Shown: piece after piece, positions 1 through 11,400 of the stretch | Layout: each line of letters opens with the position of its first letter | Position numbering within the stretch: the stretch's first letter is position 1 | Assembly: GCA_964057225.1 (NCBI GenBank) | Contig: OZ059896.1 | Coordinates: 5,952,001 to 6,016,000 of the forward strand | Direction: 5' to 3' | DNA from: Auanema rhodensis | Taxonomy: Eukaryota > Animalia > Nematoda | DNA length: 64,000 nt | Notes under the pieces: generated by a model | What the model was told of the DNA's origin: nothing | The model's input: the letters and a program-made list of their open reading frames with translations, nothing else | The model's database searches: none | Translations under genes and position numbers: made by a program

Positions 1-651
1 CTTCAGGGTGAAAATCGAGGATATAAGTGTGAACTTATATCAGTTGATATCTCGGTGCATTTTTAAGCTAGCGCAAATCTGATAACACAGATCGACGCAG
101 CTTAAAAATCCGCATCGAATGCACTATACTACATTGAGAAACGCTTAATACAAAAATTAGTTATGATCGTTTGAAAAATGATGCATTAGTGTATGTTGAG
201 TTTCCATGTACACTCAACATTGCTTCCAAAAACATTTTGACAAAAATTTTTTCGAAAAATTTCAAAATAATTTAGCAAAAAGTAGATGTTTTCAGATTCC
301 TTTTTTCAAGGCAAAGACGATGGACAATGTTATTCAACGAAAAAATTAATTCTTCAGGGTGAAAATCGAGGATATAAGTGTGAACTTATATCAGTTGATA
401 TCTCGGTGCATTTTTAAGCTAGCGCAAATCTGATAACACAGATCGACGCAGCTTAAAAATCCGCATCGAATGCACTATACCACATTGAGAAACGCTTAAT
501 ACAAAAATTAGTTATGATCGTTTGAAAAATGATGCATTAGTGTATGTTGAGTTTTCATGTACACTCAACATTGCTTCCAAAAACATTTTGACAAAAATTT
601 TTTCGAAAAATTTCAAAATAATTTAGCAAAAAGTAGATGTTTTCAGATTCC
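1..651 (+). repeat. 351-bp satellite, forward orientation, about 1.85 copies (1-351, 352-651)
   Basis: cttcagggtgaaaatcgagg starts at 1 and again at 352. The copies differ only by a couple of substitutions (tactacattg/taccacattg; tttccatg/ttttcatg). The second copy is truncated after ttttcagattcc at 651. Confidence 0.97.
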
Positions 652-656
652 TCAGA

Positions 657-1075
657 CGCATCTCTTTATCTTTCACGTGAAGCGAGTTACATACCAAGTG
701 CACATCACGTGTACATTTAATTAGCATAAATTAAAGTTCACGTAAATTTCAAAGTCATGGTTACCATGCACCAATATGAATAAAAATTTGTTTTTAGACT
801 AATATGGACATGGGGAATCTAATTTTGAAAACCGCATCTTTTTATCTTTCACGTGAAGCGAGTTACATACCAGGTGCACATCACATGTACATTTAATTAG
901 CATAAATTAAAGTTCACGTAAATTTCAAAGTCATGGTTACCATGCACCAATATGAATAAAAATTTGTTTTTAGACTAATATGGACATGGGGAATCTAATT
1001 TTGAAAACCGCATCTTTTTATTTTCCACGTGAAGCGAGTTACATACCAAGTGCACATCACGTTTATATTTAATTA
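657..1075 (-). repeat. 176-bp satellite, inverted relative to the main array, about 2.4 copies
   Basis: cgcatctctttatctttcacgtgaagcgagttacatacc... is the reverse complement of the main-array monomer and repeats with a 176-bp period (657, 833, 1009). Confidence 0.96.
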
Positions 1076-1281
1076 CTTTAATTTATGCTGATTAAATGTA
1101 CATGTGATGTGCACCTGGTATGTAACTCGCTTCACGTGAAAGATAAAAAGATGCGGTTTTCAAAATTAGATTCCCCATGTCCATATTAGTCTAAAAACAA
1201 ATTTTTATTCATATTGGTGCATGGTAACCATGACTTTGAAATTTACGTGAACTTTAATTTATGCTAATTAAATGTACACGT
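1075..1281 (+). repeat. 176-bp satellite, main-array orientation, about 1.2 copies
   Basis: actttaatttatgctgattaaatgtacatgtg...aatgtacacgt matches the monomer. It is the reverse complement of 707-913 except for a private A>G at 1090. Confidence 0.95.
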
Positions 1282-2361
1282 ATATCCTCGATTTTCACCC
1301 TGAAGAATTAATTTTTTCGTTGAATAACATTGTCCATCGTCTTTGCCTTAAAAAAAGGAATCTGAAAACATCTACTTTTTGCTAAATTATTTTGAAATTT
1401 TTCGAAAAAATTTTTGTCAAAATGTTTTTGGAAGCAATGTTGAGTGTACATGAAAACTCAACATACACTAATGCATCATTTTTCAAACGATCATAACTAA
1501 TTTTTGTATTAAGCGTTTCTCAATGTGGTATAGTGCATTCGATGCGGATTTTTAAGCTGCGTCGATCTGTGTTATCAGATTTGCGCTAGCTTAAAAATGC
1601 ACCGAGATATCAACTGATATAAGTTCACACTTATATCCTCGATTTTCACCCTGAAGAATTAATTTTTTCGTTGAATAACATTGTCCATCGTCTTTGCCTT
1701 GAAAAAAGGAATCTGAAAACATCTACTTTTCGCTAAATTATTTTGAAATTTTTCGAAAAAATTTTTGTCAAAATGTTTTTGGAAGCAATGTTGAGTGTAC
1801 ATGGAAACTCAACATACACTAATGCATCATTTTTCAAACGATCATAACTAAATTTTGTATTGAGCGTTTCTCAATGTAGTATAGTGCATTCGATGCGGAT
1901 TTTTAAGCTGCGTCAATCTGTGTTATCAGATTTGCGCTAGCTTAAAAATGCACCGAGATATCAACTGATATAAGTTCACACTTATATCCTCGATTTTCAC
2001 CCTGAAGAATTAATTTTTTCGTTGAATAACATTGTCCATCGTCTTTGCCTTGAAAAAAGAAATCTAAAAACATCTATTTTTTGCTAAATTATCCTGAAAT
2101 TTTTCGAAAAAATTTTTGTCAAAATGTTTTTGGAAGCAATGTTGAGTGTACATGGAAACTCAACATACACTAATGCATCATTTTTCAAACGATCATAACT
2201 AATTTTTGTATTAAGCGTTTCTCAATGTAGTATAGTGCATTCGATGCGGATTTTTAAGCTGCGTCGATCTGTGTTATCAGATTTGCGCTAGCTTAAAAAT
2301 GCACCGAGATATCAACTGATATAAGTTCACACTTATATCCTCGATTTTCACCCTGAAGAAT
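1281..2361 (-). repeat. 351-bp satellite, reverse orientation, 3 copies plus 28 bp
   Basis: tatatcctcgattttcaccctgaag recurs at 1281, 1632, 1983 and 2334 (period 351) and is the reverse complement of the unit at 1-351. Confidence 0.97.
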
Positions 2362-2418
2362 CACGTGAAGCGAGTTACATACCAGGTGCACATCACGTGT
2401 ACATTTAATTAGCATAAA
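2361..2418 (-). repeat. 58-bp inverted fragment of the 176-bp satellite
   Basis: tcacgtgaagcgagttacataccaggtgcacatcacgtgtacatttaattagcataaa is the reverse complement of 2426-2483 with one mismatch. Confidence 0.95.
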
Positions 2419-5400
2419 ACTTTAATTTATGCTAATTAAATGTACATGTGATGTGCACCTGGTATGTAACTCGCTTCACGTGAAAGATAAAAAGATAAGG
2501 TTTTCAAAATTAGATTCCCCATGTCCATATTAGTCTAAAAACGAATTTTTATTGATATTGGTGCATGGTAACCATGACTTTGAAATTTACGTGAACTTTA
2601 ATTTATGCTAATTAAATGTACACGTGATGTGCACTTGATATGTAACTCGCTTCACGTGAAAGATAAAGAGATGCGGTTTTCAAAATTAGATTCCCCATGT
2701 CCATATTAGTCTAAAAACGAATTTTTATTGATATTGGTGCATGGTAACCATGACTTTGAAATTTACGTGAACTTTAATTTATGCTAATTAAATGTACATG
2801 TGATGTGCACCTGGTATGTAACTCGCTTCACGTGAAAGATAAAAAGATAAGGTTTTCAAAATTAGATTCCCCATGTCCATATTAGTCTAAAAACGAATTT
2901 TTATTCATATTGGTGCTTGGTAACCATGACTTTGAAATTTACGTGAACTTTAATTTATGCTAATTAAATGTACACGTGATGTGCACTTGGTATGTAACTC
3001 GCTTCACGTGAAAGATAAAGAGATGCGGTTTTCAAAATTAGATTCCCCATGTCCATATTAGTCTAAAAACAAATTTTTATTGATATTGGTGCATGGTAAC
3101 CATGACTTTGAAATTTACGTGAACTTTAATTTATGCTAATTAAATGTACACTTGATGTGCACTTGATATGTAACTCGCTTCACGTGAAAGATAAAGAGAT
3201 GCGGTTTTCAAAATTAGATTCCCCATGTCCATATTAGTCTAAAAACAAATTTTAATTCATATTGGTGCATGGTAACCATGACTTTGAAATTTCCGTGAAC
3301 TTTAATTTATGCTAATTAAATGTACATGTGATGTGCACCTGGTATGTAACTCGCTTCACGTGAAAGATAAAAAGATGCGGTTTTCAAAATTAGATTCCCC
3401 ATGTCCATATTAGTCTAAAAACGAATTTTTATTGATATTGGTGCATGGTAACCATGACTTTGAAATTTACGTGAACTTTAATTTATGCTAATTAAATGTA
3501 CACGTGATGTGCACCTGGTATGTAACTCGCTTCACGTGAAAGATAAAGAGATGCTGTTTTTAAAATTAGATTCCCCATGTCCATATTAGCCTAAAAACAA
3601 ATTTTTCTTGATATTGGTGCATGGTAACCATGACTTTGAAATTTACGTGAACTTTAATTTATGCTAATTAAATGTACATGTGATGTGCACCTGGTATGTA
3701 ACTCGCTTCACGTGAAAGATAAAGAGATGCGGTTTTCAAAATTAGATTCCCCATGTCCATATTAGTCTAAAAACGAATTTTTATTGATATTGGTGCATGG
3801 TAACCATGACTTTGAAATTTACGTGAACTTTAATTTATGCTAATTAAATGTACATGTGATGTGCACCTGGTATGTAACTCGCTTCACGTGAAAGATAAAA
3901 AGATAAGGTTTTCAAAATTAGATTCCCCATGTCCATATTAGTCTAAAAACGAATTTTTATTCATATTGGTGCTTGGTAACCATGACTTTGAAATTTACGT
4001 GAACTTTAATTTATGCTAATTAAATGTACACGTGATGTGCACTTGGTATGTAACTCGCTTCACGTGAAAGATAAAGAGATGCGGTTTTCAAAATTAGATT
4101 CCCCATGTCCATATTAGTCTAAAAACAAATTTTTATTGATATTGGTGCATGGTAACCATGACTTTGAAATTTACGTGAACTTTAATTTATGCTAATTAAA
4201 TGTACACTTGATGTGCACTTGATATGTAACTCGCTTCACGTGAAAGATAAAAAGATGCGGTTTTCAAAATTAGATTCCCCATGTCCATATTAGTCTAAAA
4301 ACAAATTTTAATTCATATTGGTGCATGGTAACCATGACTTTGAAATTTCCGTGAACTTTAATTTATGCTAATTAAATGTACATGTGATGTGCACCTGGTA
4401 TGTAACTCGCTTCACGTGAAAGATAAAAAGATGCGGTTTTCAAAATTAGATTCCCCATGTCCATATTAGTCTAAAAACAAATTTTTATTCATATTGGTGC
4501 ATGGTAACCATGACTTTGAAATTTACGTGAACTTTAATTTATGCTAATTAAATGTACACTTGATGTGCACTTGATATGTAACTCGCTTCACGTGAAAGAT
4601 AAAGAGATGCGGTTTTCAAAATTAGATTCCCCATGTCCATATTAGTCTAAAAACAAATTTTAATTCGTATTGGTGCATGGTAACCATGACTTTGAAATTT
4701 ACGTGAACTTTAATTTATGCTAATTAAATGTACATGTGATGTGCACCTGGTATGTAACTCGCTTCACGTGAAAGATAAAAAGATAAGGTTTTCAAAATTA
4801 GATTCCCCATGTCCATATTAGTCTAAAAACGAATTTTTATTGATATTGGTGCATGGTAACCATGACTTTGAAATTTACGTGAACTTTAATTTATGCTAAT
4901 TAAATGTACACGTGATGTGCACCTGGTATGTAACTCGCTTCACGTGAAAGATAAAGAGATGCTGTTTTTAAAATTAGATTCCCCATGTCCATATTAGCCT
5001 AAAAACAAATTTTTCTTGATATTGGTGCATGGTAACCATGACTTTGAAATTTACGTGAACTTTAATTTATGCTAATTAAATGTACATGTGATGTGCACCT
5101 GGTATGTAACTCGCTTCACGTGAAAGATAAAGAGATGCGGTTTTCAAAATTAGATTCCCCATGTCCATATTAGTCTAAAAACGAATTTTTATTGATATTG
5201 GTGCATGGTAACCATGACTTTGAAATTTACGTGAACTTTAATTTATGCTAATTAAATGTACATGTGATGTGCACCTGGTATGTAACTCGCTTCACGTGAA
5301 AGATAAAAAGATAAGGTTTTCAAAATTAGATTCCCCATGTCCATATTAGTCTAAAAACGAATTTTTATTCATATTGGTGCTTGGTAACCATGACTTTGAA

Positions 5401-8400
5401 ATTTACGTGAACTTTAATTTATGCTAATTAAATGTACACGTGATGTGCACTTGGTATGTAACTCGCTTCACGTGAAAGATAAAGAGATGCGGTTTTCAAA
5501 ATTAGATTCCCCATGTCCATATTAGTCTAAAAACAAATTTTTATTGATATTGGTGCATGGTAACCATGACTTTGAAATTTACGTGAACTTTAATTTATGC
5601 TAATTAAATGTACACTTGATGTGCACTTGATATGTAACTCGCTTCACGTGAAAGATAAAAAGATGCGGTTTTCAAAATTAGATTCCCCATGTCCATATTA
5701 GTCTAAAAACAAATTTTAATTCATATTGGTGCATGGTAACCATGACTTTGAAATTTCCGTGAACTTTAATTTATGCTAATTAAATGTACATGTGATGTGC
5801 ACCTGGTATGTAACTCGCTTCACGTGAAAGATAAAAAGATGCGGTTTTCAAAATTAGATTCCCCATGTCCATATTAGTCTAAAAACAAATTTTTATTCAT
5901 ATTGGTGCATGGTAACCATGACTTTGAAATTTACGTGAACTTTAATTTATGCTAATTAAATGTACACGTGATGTGCACTTGGTATGTAACTCGCTTCACG
6001 TGAAAGATAAAGAGATGCTGTTTTTAAAATTAGATTCCCCATGTCCATATTAGTCTAAAAACAAATTTTTCTTGATATTGGTGCATGGTAACCATGACTT
6101 TGAAATTTACGTGAACTTTAATTTATGCTAATTAAATGTACATGTGATGTGCACCTGGTATGTAACTCGCTTCACGTGAAAGATAAAAAGATAAGGTTTT
6201 CAAAATTAGATTCCCCATGTCCATATTAGTCTAAAAACGAATTTTTATTGATATTGGTGCATGGTAACCATGACTTTGAAATTTACGTGAACTTTAATTT
6301 ATGCTAATTAAATGTACACGTGATGTGCACTTGATATGTAACTCGCTTCACGTGAAAGATAAAGAGATGCGGTTTTCAAAATTAGATTCCCCATGTCCAT
6401 ATTAGTCTAAAAACAAATTTTTATTGATATTGGTGCATGGTAACCATGACTTTGAAATTTACGTGAACTTTAATTTATGCTAATTAAATGTACACGTGAT
6501 GTGCACTTGGTATGTAACTCGCTTCACGTGAAAGATAAAGAGATGCGGTTTTCAAAATTAGATTCCCCATGTCCATATTAGTCTAAAAACAAATTTTTAT
6601 TGATATTGGTGCATGGTAACCATGACTTTGAAATTTCCGTGAACTTTAATTTATGCTAATTAAATGTACATGTGATGTGCACCTGGTATGTAACTCGCTT
6701 CACGTGAAAGATAAAAAGATGCGGTTTTCAAAATTAGATTCCCCATGTCCATATTAGTCTAAAAACAAATTTTTATTCATATTGGTGCATGGTAACCATG
6801 ACTTTGAAATTTACGTGAACTTTAATTTATGCTAATTAAATGTACACGTGATGTGCACTTGGTATGTAACTCGCTTCACGTGAAAGATAAAGAGATGCTG
6901 TTTTTAAAATTAGATTCCCCATGTCCATATTAGTCTAAAAACAAACTTTTCTTGATATTGGTGCATGGTAACCATGACTTTGAAATTTACGTGAACTTTA
7001 ATTTATGCTAATTAAATGTACATGTGATGTGCACCTGGTATGTAACTCGCTTCACGTGAAAGATAAAAAGATAAGGTTTTCAAAATTAGATTCCCCATGT
7101 CCATATTAGTCTAAAAACGAATTTTTATTGATATTGGTGCATGGTAACCATGACTTTGAAATTTACGTGAACTTTAATTTATGCTAATTAAATGTACATG
7201 TGATGTGCACCTGGTATGTAACTCGCTTCACGTGAAAGATAAAAAGATAAGGTTTTCAAAATTAGATTCCCCATGTCCATATTAGTCTAAAAACGAATTT
7301 TTATTGATATTGGTGCATGGTAACCATGACTTTGAAATTTACGTGAACTTTAATTTATGCTAATTAAATGTACACGTGATGTGCACTTGATATGTAACTC
7401 GCTTCACGTGAAAGATAAAGAGATGCGGTTTTCAAAATTAGATTCCCCATGTCCATATTAGTCTAAAAACAAATTTTTATTGATATTGGTGCATGGTAAC
7501 CATGACTTTGAAATTTACGTGAACTTTAATTTATGCTAATTAAATGTACACGTGATGTGCACTTGATATGTAACTCGCTTCACGTGAAAGATAAAGAGAT
7601 GCGGTTTTCAAAATTAGATTCCCCATGTCCATATTAGTCTAAAAACAAATTTTTATTGATATTGGTGCATGGTAACCATGACTTTGAAATTTACGTGAAC
7701 TTTAATTTATGCTAATTAAATGTACACGTGATGTGCACTTGGTATGTAACTCGCTTCACGTGAAAGATAAAGAGATGCGGTTTTCAAAATTAGATTCCCC
7801 ATGTCCATATTAGTCTAAAAACAAATTTTTATTGATATTGGTGCATGGTAACCATGACTTTGAAATTTACGTGAACTTTAATTTATGCTAATTAAATGTA
7901 CACTTGATGTGCACTTGATATGTAACTCGCTTCACGTGAAAGATAAAAAGATGCGGTTTTTAAAATTAGATTCCCCATGTCCATATTAGTCTAAAAACAA
8001 ATTTTAATTCATATTGGTGCATGGTAACCATGACTTTGAAATTTCCGTGAACTTTAATTTATGCTAATTAAATGTACATGTGATGTGCACCTGGTATGTA
8101 ACTCGCTTCACGTGAAAGATAAAAAGATGCGGTTTTCAAAATTAGATTCCCCATGTCCATATTAGTCTAAAAACAAATTTTTATTGATATTGGTGCATGG
8201 TAACCATGACTTTGAAATTTACGTGAACTTTAATTTATGCTAATTAAATGTACACTTGATGTGCACTTGATATGTAACTCGCTTCACGTGAAAGATAAAA
8301 AGATGCGGTTTTCAAAATTAGATTCCCCATGTCCATATTAGTCTAAAAACAAATTTTTCTTGATATTGGTGCATGGTAACCATGACTTTGAAATTTACGT

Positions 8401-11400
8401 GAACTTTAATTTATGCTAATTAAATGTACATGTGATGTGCACCTGGTATGTAACTCGCTTCACGTGAAAGATAAAAAGATAAGGTTTTCAAAATTAGATT
8501 CCCCATGTCCATATTAGTCTAAAAACGAATTTTTATTGATATTGGTGCATGGTAACCATGACTTTGAAATTTACGTGAACTTTAATTTATGCTAATTAAA
8601 TGTACACGTGATGTGCACTTGATATGTAACTCGCTTCACGTGAAAGATAAAGAGATGCGGTTTTCAAAATTAGATTCCCCATGTCCATATTAGTCTAAAA
8701 ACAAATTTTTATTGATATTGGTGCATGGTAACCATGACTTTGAAATTTACGTGAACTTTAATTTATGCTAATTAAATGTACACGTGATGTGCACTTGGTA
8801 TGTAACTCGCTTCACGTGAAAGATAAAGAGATGCGGTTTTCAAAATTAGATTCCCCATGTCCATATTAGTCTAAAAACAAATTTTTATTGATATTGGTGC
8901 ATGGTAACCATGACTTTGAAATTTACGTGAACTTTAATTTATGCTAATTAAATGTACACTTGATGTGCACTTGATATGTAACTCGCTTCACGTGAAAGAT
9001 AAAAAGATGCGGTTTTTAAAATTAGATTCCCCATGTCCATATTAGTCTAAAAACAAATTTTAATTCATATTGGTGCATGGTAACCATGACTTTGAAATTT
9101 CCGTGAACTTTAATTTATGCTAATTAAATGTACATGTGATGTGCACCTGGTATGTAACTCGCTTCACGTGAAAGATAAAAAGATGCGGTTTTCAAAATTA
9201 GATTCCCCATGTCCATATTAGTCTAAAAACAAATTTTAATTCATATTGGTGCATGGTAACCATGACTTTGAAATTTACGTGAACTTTAATTTATGCTAAT
9301 TAAATGTACACTTGATGTGCACTTGATATGTAACTCGCTTCACGTGAAAGATAAAAAGATGCGGTTTTCAAAATTAGATTCCCCATGTCCATATTAGTCT
9401 AAAAACAAATTTTTCTTGATATTGGTGCATGGTAACCATGACTTTGAAATTTACGTGAACTTTAATTTATGCTAATTAAATGTACATGTGATGTGCACCT
9501 GGTATGTAACTCGCTTCACGTGAAAGATAAAAAGATAAGGTTTTCAAAATTAGATTCCCCATGTCCATATTAGTCTGAAAACGAATTTTTATTGATATTG
9601 GTGCATGGTAACCATGACTTTGAAATTTACGTGAACTTTAATTTATGCTAATTAAATGTACACGTGATGTGCACTTGATATGTAACTCGCTTCACGTGAA
9701 AGATAAAGAGATGCGGTTTTCAAAATTAGATTCCCCATGTCCATATTAGTCTAAAAACAAATTTTTATTGATATTGGTGCATGGTAACCATGACTTTGAA
9801 ATTTCCGTGAACTTTAATTTATGCTAATTAAATGTACATGTGATGTGCACCTGGTATGTAACTCGCTTCACGTGAAAGATAAAAAGATGCGGTTTTCAAA
9901 ATTAGATTCCCCATGTCCATATTAGTCTAAAAACAAATTTTAATTCATATTCGTGCATGGTAACCATGACTTTGAAATTTACGTGAACTTTAATTTATGC
10001 TAATTAAATGTACACTTGATGTGCACTTGATATGTAACTCGCTTCACGTGAAAGATAAAAAGATGCGGTTTTCAAAATTAGATTCCCCATGTCCATATTA
10101 GTCTAAAAACAAATTTTTCTTGATATTGGTGCATGGTAACCATGACTTTGAAATTTACGTGAACTTTAATTTATGCTAATTAAATGTACATGTGATGTGC
10201 ACCTGGTATGTAACTCGCTTCACGTGAAAGATAAAAAGATAAGGTTTTCAAAATTAGATTCCCCATGTCCATATTAGTCTAAAAACGAATTTTTATTGAT
10301 ATTGGTGCATGGTAACCATGACTTTGAAATTTACGTGAACTTTAATTTATGCTAATTAAATGTACACGTGATGTGCACTTGATATGTAACTCGCTTCACG
10401 TGAAAGATAAAGAGATGCGGTTTTCAAAATTAGATTCCCCATGTCCATATTAGTCTAAAAACAAATTTTTATTGATATTGGTGCATGGTAACCATGACTT
10501 TGAAATTTACGTGAACTTTAATTTATGCTAATTAAATGTACACGTGATGTGCACTTGGTATGTAACTCGCTTCACGTGAAAGATAAAGAGATGCGGTTTT
10601 CAAAATTAGATTCCCCATGTCCATATTAGTCTAAAAACAAATTTTTATTGATATTGGTGCATGGTAACCATGACTTTGAAATTTACGTGAACTTTAATTT
10701 ATGCTAATTAAATGTACACTTGATGTGCACTTGATATGTAACTCGCTTCACGTGAAAGATAAAAAGATGCGGTTTTCAAAATTAGATTCCCCATGTCCAT
10801 ATTAGTCTAAAAACAAATTTTTCTTGATATTGGTGCATGGTAACCATGACTTTGAAATTTACGTGAACTTTAATTTATGCTAATTAAATGTACATGTGAT
10901 GTGCACCTGGTATGTAACTCGCTTCACGTGAAAGATAAAAAGATAAGGTTTTCAAAATTAGATTCCCCATGTCCATATTAGTCTAAAAACGAATTTTTAT
11001 TGATATTGGTGCATGGTAACCATGACTTTGAAATTTACGTGAACTTTAATTTATGCTAATTAAATGTACACGTGATGTGCACTTGATATGTAACTCGCTT
11101 CACGTGAAAGATAAAGAGATGCGGTTTTCAAAATTAGATTCCCCATGTCCATATTAGTCTAAAAACAAATTTTTATTGATATTGGTGCATGGTAACCATG
11201 ACTTTGAAATTTACGTGAACTTTAATTTATGCTAATTAAATGTACACGTGATGTGCACTTGGTATGTAACTCGCTTCACGTGAAAGATAAAGAGATGCGG
11301 TTTTCAAAATTAGATTCCCCATGTCCATATTAGTCTAAAAACAAATTTTTATTGATATTGGTGCATGGTAACCATGACTTTGAAATTTACGTGAACTTTA

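Noticed and set aside
1-2007. Pure sequencing fold-back chimera
   Set aside because: The arms have different inter-satellite junctions, a 161-bp asymmetric spacer and arm-specific SNPs, unlike a mirrored read. This is disfavoured but not excluded without reads.
1-2361. Intact foldback or TIR transposon
   Set aside because: The inverted arms are just satellite copies. There is no transposase, defined terminus or target-site duplication, and the left end lies outside the window.
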